64,000 nt of DNA from NCBI GenBank assembly GCA_965235115.1, contig OZ249439.1, positions 19,778,001 through 19,842,000 on the forward strand, read 5' to 3'. A program made the position numbers and the translations under genes. The stretch is from Laetmonice hystrix (taxonomy: Eukaryota). The notes beneath the pieces are model-generated. The model did not search any database, was not told the DNA's origin, and was given only the letters and a program-made list of their open reading frames with translations. The first letter of the stretch is position 1; the number at the start of each line of letters is the position of its first letter. Positions 33,871 to 46,199 of the stretch are shown here, in pieces.

Positions 33871-36800
33871 ATGGTGAAACGAAAGAGACTAACCTCGGTG
33901 GAAAAGGGCGAGAGGGATCGTGTCGAAAATGGGTAAATTCGTACTGTCAATTTCGGACCGCCATTTTGTTTTCTGAGTTTCGAAGACATACCAAGGACCC
34001 AAAACAAAGCGTTGTTTCATGAAGATTTACAGATAATCAGCCGATTTATTGCAGTCATAGTGTGCCTGATGTGCGTAGGCATCTACCTGTAATCTAAAAT
34101 CGGATGGAAACTGTAGCGGATGCTTTATTTTTTACCAATTATTTCGACATGATCCGTGGCAAACGGCCGCCATATTGAATTTAGCTGAACACCTACACAA
34201 CAGAAGTTAGACCAGCACCTGATTTGTTTTTATAGTTGTTTAAAACAGTGTACTAATCTGGATCTTTTCTTTTCACTTCAACATTTCTTTAGTTCGTTGA
34301 CCGATGCCAATAATGGTGTCCCCGAACAGAAACGCGCGAAAAGTGGCAGCAGCTCGGCTAGCTGCCAGGGTTGCGGGGATCAAGCCGTGAAGGCTGACGG
34401 GTGTCAGGATTCAAGCTCGTCGACAAAGGATGGACCTCCGACGGAGGAGGTGAAGGAGGCGTGCCCGCAGCCCACCCGAACCAGCTCTCGTGTTCCGAGA
34501 AGACCCCGACGGGACAGTAGTCCACCACCGTCGCCCCCTAAAAAGCCAGGTACGAACGGGGAGCTTGAACGGTGTTTATTCAGTACGGGAGGTGACACAG
34601 TAGCCCGAGTAGGGGACGGGGTGGGTGGGTATCCCTGCTGGAGGGGCGGGCCCCGTACTGGCCGTAGACTGCGGCGGGCCATCAGGCCAGCTGTCTCCAT
34701 CCCGGGCGACACGCAGCCTTCGAAAACACTAACAGCCCTACTCTTCCAGCATATTCAATGGAAAGGTTAAAAGGTTGGGGTTGATGCTTCTCACATTTAT
34801 CATTCTTGACCAGAGCCATAACTGGCATAAGTACTGTATCTTAATTCTTATTGATTGCATTATATGATTATTCAGCATAAGAATGTTATTGTGGGCCAGG
34901 CCCATGGCCACGGGGGGCTATCGGATGATGCCCCCAACTGAGGCACAGGAGTTCTGCTCTGGCATAAAATCACTGGTAGGCTAAGCTAATGGGCTATTGG
35001 TAGGCTAGCCTTGGGTAAACCCCCCCCCCCCCCCCCCCAGAAAGTTCTAGCCTGTGGGCTGCACATCACCTTAAAATTGTTTTCATTCAAGACAGATTTC
35101 AGGCTATTGAAAATGAGTTGTATTGTTTGCCTTGTTTTAGCACCAAAGAATGAAACAAAGACGGGCACACCAGAGGCTAAAACAAGACGTCAGTGGGAAT
35201 TGTGGAGCACTGAGGACAAGGATATTTTTTTTGATGGACTTTATGAGGTAAGTGACCACTTTTGCTTTTTCGACATTACTGTGCCAGGAATTTGAATATT
35301 TTATAAAGATGAGTAATAATTCAGTCATTATCTTGAAGAATATGGAGGAATATGGTTGAATTATTAGGTGGGTGGCAACAAGTTGATTTGTTGTTGTTAT
35401 TAAAATGTGGGTCCCATTTCATGCAAATGTCTTTTTGAAAACAAATAGTTAGATGAAGACCTTTTTGAATGTGTACTTCAATGATTGCAAAGTCTTTCAA
35501 GCATGTCAAAATGGCAATGTATTATTTGTGAGGAGTAAAGATGACTGGGTCTACTTGGTTCAGAAACTCTTGAGGGACTGAGGACATGTTGATCTCATTG
35601 TAAGCATTCACCATTGTATACATATGTTTCAGCATGGAAAAGACTTTGATGCTATACAGGCCCTTGTTGTTGCAAAACACCGCAAGCGAGGAAATCCTAT
35701 GTCAATAATCAAAACAAAGGAACAGGTCCGCTACTTCTACTATAGGACATGGCACAAGATTTCTAAATTCATAGAATTTACAGAAGGTGAGGTATTCCTG
35801 TTGCATTTATTTATGGCAGGCCTACTACTGTAGTAACTTTTTTTTAGGCTTTCCTGGTTGTATTGAGAAAAGTATATTTTGATTTGTGGGCAAGTAAAAC
35901 TAAAGTGTTGAAAGACCCTTTGTACTTTGGGCATTGACATTCTTTAGTTTAGAGGCTGAAATCTGGTTGCATGATGGGAAGGGGTCTCAAGTATTTACTC
36001 ACCAATAACAATTTGTGATTGTCCTGGGGTATCATTATATGGAAAGCTTCTTGTGACAGTGTGTCTCATGGTATTCTGAAGGAAAATTAATACTCTAGTC
36101 AGTGGTTACCTTGATTATATTGCTTGATCATTTTAGGGTTAGGGGTTGGAGAGACTAATGGGTAGCTCCTAATGAGTAGTAGCAGATGAATCAACTGAGT
36201 ACAGATCTTCAGTGTAAAATGATTATGACAAGCTGCAGAGGGATTGTTTACAGGCTTAGTTCTGTGACCTCTCACTAGGGGGCTCCCCTGCATAGTAGGT
36301 CAAAGAAAGAGGTCGAGAGTATTGCATATTCAGTAGCAATAATGTCTTGCTGCAGGCCAGCCATTATGAATGCTGCAGGTGAGAATTTCTGCTTGTTGGG
36401 CAGTGTTATGTCAGGAGATACACAGACTTGCATATTCAGATGAAGTAATTAGGTGATTAACTGCCAAAGTTTCCAGTTGGGACAGAAACAGTCCTCCTGA
36501 CCACATTTTTCTAGATATAAGGTCTAGTCACTTCATTATCACTCAGTAAATGGAGACTGTATATCAACAGGGCCCGGTTCACAAACAAAGTCAAGTCAAT
36601 TTTAATTGACTTGAAGTCAATTTTACTTGAATCTGATTGGTTAAAATGGATTTCAAGCTAATTAAAATTGACTTGGCTTTGTTTGTGAACTGGGCCCAGG
36701 TCTCTTTTAGGTCAATAGATTTTTTTAAGATATGCAGTTTGAAAATAAATGTGCTTCCTCAATTTACATTTTTTATGTAACCATTATGGATTCATGGAAA

Positions 36801-39800
36801 TGTGGAAGGATTTTTTTCATTGGTAGGAAGGGTGCTGTTGATCAAAATGTGCTTTTCAGACATGAAGAGACTACACACTTCAGTTTCCAATATAGAAAAG
36901 TGATAAGATATCCTGCATTAAATATGGACTTGTTTATTATTTATTTTATTCATTTTTATGCCATCTGTGTTTTCTCAAATTCTAAAATAGACATCGAAAG
37001 ATCGAAGATATCGAAACTTTTATTTCAAAACCTTGCTGACTGGATATAGTAGGCATCATGCATTAAACATTATATTGAGGAATTGCAGTGATATGCTCTT
37101 TTGCAGATGTGAGCAAGCAGACACTAGAGCTGTATGGTCTTATTAATTATGGTGAACTGCGGAAAAGAGTTGGTGGCTGTAAGTACTGGAAAACATTCAA
37201 TCTTGATATCTTGATACATGTATAAGCTAAATCTGGGTTTTGTGTTCTTTGCAATATGAAATTTTACATAGATTATGGCAATACTTAATGGATGAGGGCC
37301 AATGAAGCTCACCGACATATGTGCGACGGAAGTTTGATTACCTAAAAATTGTCAAATTGTCCTGAGAGTGACCTATGAGCCAATATAAATTAAGTTTATG
37401 CGGAATCTATATATGTATCAAAACAACCCTGGTTTGGCCTTTGAAATTCGTATTTGATTGACAGCTCAGAGGTCATGTGACCGCTTCGTCAACATGCATT
37501 GACACTTTAGCCAGGCAGACATGTTTGGTCTTGCATTGTGGTTGCTAGGATACAGGCAGTCCTGACTGCATCAGTTCGAGTTGGAAACCCAGGCCCCTCC
37601 CCTTCCAGCCTTCCTCAACTCCAGGGGCAACTCTAATTGGTCTATAGGAGTTTTATGACCTATTTATTTACAGATTTTTGGTTTATTTGCAGTGGTTCTT
37701 AATGAAAAGAGTGGTCAGAAGCTAAATGAACTTGTTAATAAAGGGTAAGTTGTATCATGGTTAAAATATGATTTGCTGTCAATAGATCAACTGTTAGTCT
37801 GGTATCAACTAGCTATGCACGTGATAAATGTTCCGAGAAGTCGCTGTCCTTAATATCTAGACTATAGTGTAATTTATCAACAGTAGAAGAAGATCTTGAT
37901 ATCACCAAATATCTCGATAGTGAATGAATGATTGCAGGCTAAGCTGCCTGCTGTGGTGTGGCATAGTGTTTGGGCACAGATGATAACTTACACTTGTTTG
38001 TAATATTCTATTGAGAGCGTCAGTTTTAAAAGGACATGATGCATCTGTTTTTTTCCATAGATCTACATTGATCAAGTTGAAAGGGAAGAACTCTAGGTTA
38101 GTGTAAATAGACTATTTTAATGATCCACAAAATTGATCAAGTAAGGTTTATTCAAAGTGTCATTAGTGTAAGTTGCTATCTACATATATTTCATAATGTT
38201 TTTATTAGAATTTTTACGGAGAAATTTATGTTTTATCAAAAAAGACCGATTGCATTGATCACCTTTTTGCAAGGCTAATGAAACCAATAATTTTGCTGAT
38301 GGAGCATGGTATTAAACTTCATTTTGATTTTGTGAATTGATTGATGACCATTCTTGGGGAAACCTTGCGGTTAGCCTCTTTCTGACTGTATTGACATTTT
38401 GTTGTAACAGAATAAGGACACCAGTATGCCGGGCACTGAAAAAATTGAACAACATTGAAGGTAAGTTCCTGGTGCATGGAGTTTCGATTTAAAGACATAC
38501 TTCAAAAGAGTGAAAAGGATTGTTTTAATTTGGTATGTATTCTTAACTTTAGAGGGCGATCCATGTGTTCTCCCATGTGGTTCAGAGAGATCTCACAAGT
38601 TGATTTGATTTTTTCCTTATCTACAGATGCCAAGGAGGAGGCAGAGCCTATCAAAGTACCCAAACAGTTGGTAGTAGAACTGCGGCCGGCATCCAATGAT
38701 GCATGGGCCAGGGTGCAGTCCATTGCCCACAATCCACGTCTCAGGGTACACCTGCCCCCCAACAGGAGACTCTCCTCTATCATCAGCTTCCTTGAAAGCA
38801 AGTGGAAGTCTTCGCGCCTGCGAGCAGTATCTTTTAGCAAAGTTTTTTAAGAACACTAATCTCTTACAAGCTGATCACACATGGTCAGAAGATTGGAAAT
38901 TGCAGTTTCTAGATTGCTCTGTTTCATCTGTAGTGTACTGTGTAGGAGGCCTCTTGGCCAGATGAAATGACTGGGATCGAAAATTGGGATTTTTAGGTTC
39001 TAAAAACTTACAAATTATGCAACTAGTTACAATTCCTTTGGGTGTGTGTTGGACTTAATAATGCCTTGTTGGTTTGCAGGCCCACAAGATTGTAATGAAG
39101 AGATAGACGTAAAATTTTGAAATTTGTTGATTGTTAAAATAAGCAGGCTTGATAATAGATTGATCTAGTGTGACCTTAACCCCAGCACCAGAAGGAGGCT
39201 ATGAATGCCAGTGAGGAAACCAGGAGAAACATCAAGTTGATGCCCCCACCAGGCTGTGACCTCCATCCCTTTGACACTGAACCAACAGCTGTAGCACCTT
39301 CTGTCAATCTGGCCCTTGAAAATCTCAGGGACAATTTGAAAGGTGAGAAGTATGTCATTTGAGGAAAATACTTTTGGAATTGATGGCCATAGTAAATATG
39401 CTGTAGATATTCAAGTGAAAATGTTTTCTTTCTAGATAAACCTGAGACCACCACTTCTCCCCCAATAAAACGGCCGCGCAAAAATGCACCATGTGACCAT
39501 GGCCAACACGGTGAGGATTCCGGCCAGAGCATAGAGGAAGTGTCTACAAAAGAAAACCCACAACCATCTCAGGACAAAGGAGAAACAGAGCCAGGAGCGT
39601 TGAGTCTGGTGGCAGCTACAGACATTAAAAAAGAGAACAAAAGTGGCAAAGAGAAAGATATAGGTAAAGTGAATGCTGCAGGCAGTAAGGGCAATCTTGT
39701 AGGATCTGCCACCAACCAGCCTGCAAACTGTGTTAGAACTGGTGCTGGGAAACAAGGCACAGGCAACGCCAGCTGTGGTGCAGCAGAGGCAGTGTTGACT

Positions 39801-42800
39801 GTATCTGGTAATGGAACCACATCAGAAGAAAGTCAACCAGTTGTGATATTAGATAAGGCTGAATCATCAAGTGGGATTGAAACAAATCAAACAGATCCAA
39901 AGGCTTCTGAAGAGGATGAGGCTGCTTTGAAGGAGGCAGCCAGAAAGGAACATATTGCCAAATTGCGTCTAGGCTGGACCAAAGAAGAGGCCCAAGCATT
40001 GACAATTGCAGAAGTCTACCTCATGCTGGGCTGTCCGGAGAAATTTGTCTTGGAATATGACTGGTTTGACAATGTAAAGAGAGACAATGTTTTCCAGACA
40101 AAACAGGCCCTGACAAACATGCTAAGGCGGCTTGTGCAACTAGCTACAACCGAGTTTGCTGATTTCTCAAAAACAAAACCAGTAAGTATCTTTTTTTTAA
40201 AAAGAAAACTATGTTCTCCAAATCTCAATCAACGAATTTCATTATTGTAAAATTGTATTTCAACATATGTGTCTTTATGTGCACTTAATATTCACATGTG
40301 GTTTGTATTGAAGAATTAAAGGAATGAATGAAATCAGAATAAGTTGAATAAATTTATTCAGGCTACCAGTGAACCCCAATTGCAGCTGGGCTTGCACTTT
40401 CAGCAATCATTAAGTTTGAGAAGCAATTCCCCTCCGCAAGTGTGCATCTGTGGAGCACAGTCTGGAGGCACCCCACCCAGCAGAGGCAGCACAAAGAGTC
40501 CACGTGTGGCAGCAGGTGCTGGTCAGGCAGGTAAAAGTCCATCCACACCCAAGAACCCCAACAAACCAACTTCAGTGACCACCCCAAGGACACCGGGGAC
40601 ACGGCAGGGCATTGGAGCTCCAAACGCTACCAAGGTAATGACTGGATGAACTGATCTTGTAGGTCCGTCCAGATGATGTTTTAATTTGTGGCATGTTATT
40701 GTTGAGTAAAATGTTTCCAAGACACAGCTAGGATGAATGAATGGGAGCCCCTTGGAGGCAAAATATCGTGTGTTAAGTTTTGGACAATTGGAAGTTGAAA
40801 GGAGCCCTCATATGTTGTAACATTAGTTGAAACAATGTTAGTGGCAGTTTCTTCTAAAACTGTTATGTTAATTAATCATGTTGCTAAATGGTTCAACCCA
40901 CTTAAGTTTTTGGCATTGTAATTTGATAGCGATTCTGTTATAACTTACTTTTATGATGTCCTTAGCAACCAGAACAGAGTGAATGTGCCACTCTGGCAAG
41001 CTCCCAGACAGCTGCTACAGGATCAGCCTCTGATGCTGTGTTCAGGGTTCCAAACCCTGTACCAATACGGCCACAGGTCATTCGCATCTCCCCAAGTTCA
41101 CTCGCTGAGAGAAGTTTCCTTCAACAGATTGACACAGTCAATGTAAGTAATAATTCAATGTCATCAAAATGGTTGAGTGTACCGTACATTTAGTGTGACA
41201 TCAGGGTTTCCCAGTACTATGGCAATCTGTTACCAAATTGATTTGAATTGTTTTAGATGAGAGAAGCATGTTGTATAAGATGCCTCAGTTATGTAGTTTC
41301 GTGAAATCTTCGTACAGAAACAGCCTGAAATCTACCTACCAAGGAGACCCAAGAAAATGATGCGAAATGTTCGACGACCACTAGTTGTGCAGCGTACCCT
41401 GTTGCCGAAAACGGGGGTGCCAACAAGACAGATCATGACGCTAGCAATGTTGCCCAACCAATCTCAAGTGGCTCAGACTGGTTCTTTCATGCCTGTCGTC
41501 CCTGGACAGCCCTTGGGACCTCATGGTCAGCCCCAAAACCTAATAGGTCATATACCGTCCCAGCTGCCCTCGGTTGGCTTAGTAACAACTGGTACCCTAA
41601 ATACCTCTGGGACAGAATCCCTGCCTACTTCGACAACAGGTTCGTTTTGCTCAACATTGAATATTGAATAATGATAACTTGAAAAACTGTAAGGTCAAGC
41701 AGTTGCCGTGATCCTACTTTGGCTTATAATTACAGTAAAATGTATATCAATCTATTTGAGCTAAACACAGATGACAAGAAGAAATGGTAGACATTTTTTT
41801 ATGTTGAGGTCTTTAATATGTGTTTGAATGTTTTATGTGAGTGGAATGTTGATGTTACAGGTGGGGGGCTCTCACTGTCAGTGCAGCTACCAGTATCATC
41901 AAGTTCCCAGACTGATGCATCCAAACCCTCTAGTGGCACTGTAAGTAATATCAACAGTTTTCTGTTAACACAGATAAAAAAGTATAACTTTATCGAATAA
42001 AAACATAATGTTGGTTATTTGAAGCGAATAATACTTTTAAAATCGGTTATAAATTGAAACACCATTGGGAATATGTTGACAAATATTTACTTACAGATAT
42101 TTGAAAAGGGGAGAAAAGTAGGGGTGTTGGACGTTGTAACAAATACTGCATGAGATCCATATTTTTACTGTGACGTGTGTATGCTCTTGTGAACCGCTCT
42201 GTGATTATATTTGTACAGACTATACTTGACTTATGTGTTCTTTGTTACAGTCTTTGTTATCCCAGGTAACGGCAGCCTCAGGCATCAGTACATCACTGTC
42301 AGATATAACATCAGATATAACTACGGCATCGTCCCAGACCGGGGATGCCTCAATGTCGTCCATCCTAGACATTTCAATACCAGCAATGAATGATGGTAGG
42401 ATTACAGTACTGCTCCCACTTAGTTTGGTAGTAAGAATGTGTTTAAATAAAAATATGGTATTATTTCTTTATCTTGCTTCTGACACAGACAGCATGCGTT
42501 TATAGAATTAAACTTGGTAGCATGGTCCTGACTGTAAAGACCTTCTGTACATACCTTTGAACAGATAAAATGTTGGGAGTGTCGAGCTTCTCTGGATTAC
42601 TTGACACATCAGTAAGTGGGGCGGACAAGGTTGTAAATGAAGACAGTATGCCGCTCCCTCCGTCAGCTCACAGTCCCAACAAAACGTATCGCCTCACTTC
42701 CACACTACCTCCGGAGATGCAATGGATGGGTGGAGATGTAAGTGTAAAATTATTGGTGATAGTACATGAATGCACTTTTAATTGGTTCATGATGATGATA

Positions 42801-43486
42801 AGAATTGCTTTAAAAGTATTATGTATAAACAAGCTTTGTCCTTTCAAGTTTCATTTCAAGGACCAGGGTGGTAGTATAGTCCAAAGTTAAACAATACTTG
42901 CCTTGACAGGTAGTACAAAATCCATGCTCAATCAAACTCAGTAATCGGCTCTGAAAATTTTCTGGTATGTAATAGAAAAACGAAATATTTCTCTTTTGCA
43001 GGACTTTTCTCTCAGCCAGTTCTTGTCTGACTCGCCTCTAAAGAAATCCTCGGAAGTCTCCCTTATGTCTGAAAATTCGCGAGACTCTATTAAAATGGAT
43101 GTGAGTATATTTATACGGTTGGAACAGTGTTATAGAATATTGTATTTTTCCAGTATGTCTACTCCTTGGGATAAAATAAGAGAAAACTGTTTTAGCTTAC
43201 CAGATCAGCATAGACTTTTTCAATGAGGCCTTTAGCCCTAAAATATACACTCGGCATGCTGAATTATTACCAAAAGCAAGATTCATGCATTGAATACTTA
43301 GAATAAGTAAAAAGATTGATGTGTATTTTTCAGGTGGACAGCGCACTCATTAAAATGATGAATGAGAACAGCAATGACTATGTGGCCCACTTCGCTGATC
43401 TTGCAGCACAAATGTCATCAAATGGGCCAGAATTTCCTGTCATGCAAGCCAAAGTTCGGGAACTTTCTAGTTCCTGTTCTCTGTGA
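33871..43486 (+). CDS. CRAMP1: Protein cramped-like (SANT domain chromatin regulator)
   Basis: 19 in-phase exons: 33871-33932, 34293-34549, 35141-35247 (RRQWELWSTEDKDIFFDGLYE), 35633-35786 (HGKDFDAIQ...KEQVRYFYYRTWHKISKFI), 37107-37178, 37693-37744, 38061-38096, 38411-38460, 38627-38826 (AWARVQSIAHNPRLR), 39192 (or 39186)-39342, 39436-40181, 40362-40634, 40966-41142, 41318-41639 (RRPLVVQRTLLPK), 41861-41940, 42251 (or 42266)-42395, 42565-42737, 43002-43100, 43334-43486 (VDSALIKMMNENSNDYVAHFADLAAQ...*). The motifs match human CRAMP1 from memory. Confidence 0.93.
36571..36696. mobile_element. Short PIF/Harbinger-like MITE (126 bp) in a CRAMP1 intron
   Basis: ~35-bp TIR GGCCC(G/A)GTTCACAAACAAAG..., CAG TSD on both sides. 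Confidence 0.85.
38827..39191 (+). other. Probable U12-type (minor spliceosome) GT-AG intron in CRAMP1
   Basis: Donor GTATCTTTT; branch site GACCTTAAC at 39172-39180, 12 nt before AG at 39190-39191; no polypyrimidine tract. Confidence 0.7.
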
Positions 43487-45690
43487 ATAGAATTTAGCAT
43501 TTTTATTGTCCACAGAGATCATTTGTCTTTGTAGGAGATGTTTGTTCTGAACACAAGTTCAAAGAAAATTGGCAGCTTTAAAGCGATCATCCTCATATTG
43601 TTACAAAACATTTTTCATTATTTTTGCATTGTTTTCTTGTCTTACTGTCAATCTGTTCCAAACAATGAAAGAAATGTCTTTCATTAATTATACAAAAGAA
43701 TATGTGCTATTCTGTCAGAGAAACCATAAAATGATAAATATATTATAAAAGGAATAACCTTTCAAAATAGACATAAGCAAAAACAAAAGCCATATAGTAG
43801 CACACTTCATTTATGGAATGTGCCTTCTCGTCTTTTGTCAGAAACTACGCAGTTTTTTTCAAATACTTTTTGGAGGGAACAGGTTACATTATGTCATGGC
43901 AAAGTCTAAAAAAAGGTACTCCGCCTTCAATGGACGATGGGTACCAGTATCTCAAAGAGCAAAATATTTTTTCAGAATATGTAAATACATTGTGTTTAAC
44001 TGTTTTTTGTATTGCCTAGATTTGGTTTTCTCTTGACTTCGCTGAATGTCGCATACTTGGGGACACTGGCAAGTTGTTGATGGGTGGTTCCGTCAGCTTA
44101 CGTCCTTAGTTTGATGTGATGTCGTCCACATCTTAGTTGTCTTCAGTCTTACATATTCAATTTCACCTTGTTTCAGATACAAGCTGCTCACTGTGCACAT
44201 TAAAAAGGGAATCGGGAGCAGTTTATAACTGATATATTTACAAAACTCATGTATATGCTTGTGTGGTTCATTCTATACTGGCAGTACATATAGTATTGCT
44301 TTGATGTTAGAAATATTTGTAAGCAGGTTTTGCCTTAGGTGCCATGATTTAAAACAAGACTTTGAAGGTGGTCGCTGTCGTTTTGTTTTACTTCAGCATG
44401 AAGAAGTATTCTGTATATAAAAACCTTGGGTTGCTGACAACAGAACCTACCATGGAGAGAAACATGCTGAATATAGCTCAGCAAAACCTGGGAATGATTG
44501 TTAAAAGATGTTGACTCGCTGCAGTCATATCGGCATTCGAAAGTTAGCACAAATGTGGCTGGTCTGCAATTATCAGAACATTGTAAAAACCTATTTAACA
44601 GTTGTGTACAGAACCTGGACTCGTGGTCTAATTGTACATTAATTAGTACATTGGATGTCAGTGTACGAAATGTAGCTGAATTATACTTTTTATTTCACTG
44701 GCTGGTCTAGTGGACCAGTCCTCTTCATCTTTTGTATTGTGGTTCATTGCACAGAAACGTCTGTTCTGTAACAATTTTGTATTAATCCAAGCGTTCGAGA
44801 CCTGCTTTTCAGAGTATGCAAAAGTGTAGTTGTCTTCACTTAGAAAGAGCTTTACTACTTAAATGTCACTATGTGTATGGTAAACCTAAGGTGATGTCGT
44901 ATGACCTTGTGAGGTGAAAAAGGTAGTAAAAGAACAGACTGTTATTCTGAAAATGGAAAACGCGGATTTTTCACATGAGAATTGAAGTTGATGAATCTGG
45001 CTGTTTTCATCCTCTGTTAATAACAAAACAGTTTACAGAATGGAGATGTGACATACATGTAATTAGCTAACCTAGACTGTGTCCGACTTAGTACGGAAGT
45101 ATAATTGTGATATCTTAGATGTTGTAATTCTGAAAATATACTATAAAAGATCTTAGATCTACCAACATGTGCAATTGGTAATGATATTGTTCCAAAGTTC
45201 TGTTAATGTTAATACTTCTTTCAGTTTGTGATATCCAATTAAGGTTCTGTTGGCATGACTTACGAATGAGATAAGAATGTCAAAACCTTACAACAAAAGC
45301 TCATTTTATGGTATTAATGGTAACAGAAATACCGCATGGAAAGGGTATGTGAGATTCCTGATAGATTTGAAACTGCTTTTGAAAAGAAACTAGTAGAGTC
45401 AGTGGGCTACAGGTATGATGCAAGGAGCAGCAAATCTCTTTTAAATTTATGGAATCCATGACTTTGAATTTAACTTACAAAATGTGTTAACAGTTCTTCC
45501 CCAGCGGTAAAGCAGCCAATGCGGTGGTTCCTGCATTGTCAGTCATTGCCAGCTTTTAAAATTCAGGTGCTTTTTTAGTCATAAGAGAAATTGCATACAG
45601 CTATCTTCTGTTGTAATAATTTTAAAACACTTTTTCTCCAGTACTGAACGCGGGTATGCTTCCTGTTGGTAGACTTATATGATACTCTAG

Positions 45691-45844
45691 GGCCCGATTT
45701 CTCGAACATACTTAAGTATACTTAAGTCTGAGTTTCACTCAAATCTAGTCAAAAGAACGTTTTTAGCCAATGTGAATCCTCCATTTCCCGAGTTGAGTAG
45801 ATTTGACTGAAACTCAGACTTAAGTATTTTCGAGAAACCGGGCC
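45691..45844. mobile_element. Short PIF/Harbinger-like MITE (154 bp)
   Basis: Termini GGCCCGATTTCTCGAA / TTCGAGAAACCGGGCC; flanks TAG / TAA; same terminal motif as 30139-30710. Confidence 0.8.
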
Positions 45845-46122
45845 TAAGTAGTACTATTTCTATTCGCCATTACCGTCATCCCCTGTGTATAGTATGCTGC
45901 CCTTCTTTTTTTATCAAAGTCAAGTGACGTGGCTGAATGCCTGTACATAATGTATTTACCCTATAAAGAAAACGGATACCAGCTCCCTTTGTCCTATTCC
46001 TGTAAGTATATTGACAATAATGCTGTCAGAATTGTTTTAATCATACCATTACCAGCGGAATTTCGGTATACTGGGCTCAGATTAGGACGAGTGACTTTCA
46101 CTTTTGTAAGTGACGGCAGAAA

Positions 46123-46199
46123 GAGTACGAAACGCTATTACTAGTAACACTGAAGTTAGCAGAATGAGTACGAAAAGCTATTACTAGTAATACTGAAGT
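46123..46199. repeat. 43-bp imperfect tandem duplication
   Basis: GAGTACGAAA(C/A)GCTATTACTAGTAA(C/T)ACTGAAGT at 46123 and 46166. Confidence 0.85.

Noticed and set aside
34297-34770. 157-aa ORF treated as a stand-alone gene
   Set aside because: It is CRAMP1 exon 2 read through into the intron after the donor at 34550.
39540-40250. 236-aa ORF treated as a stand-alone gene
   Set aside because: It is the interior of CRAMP1 exon 11 plus intron read-through.
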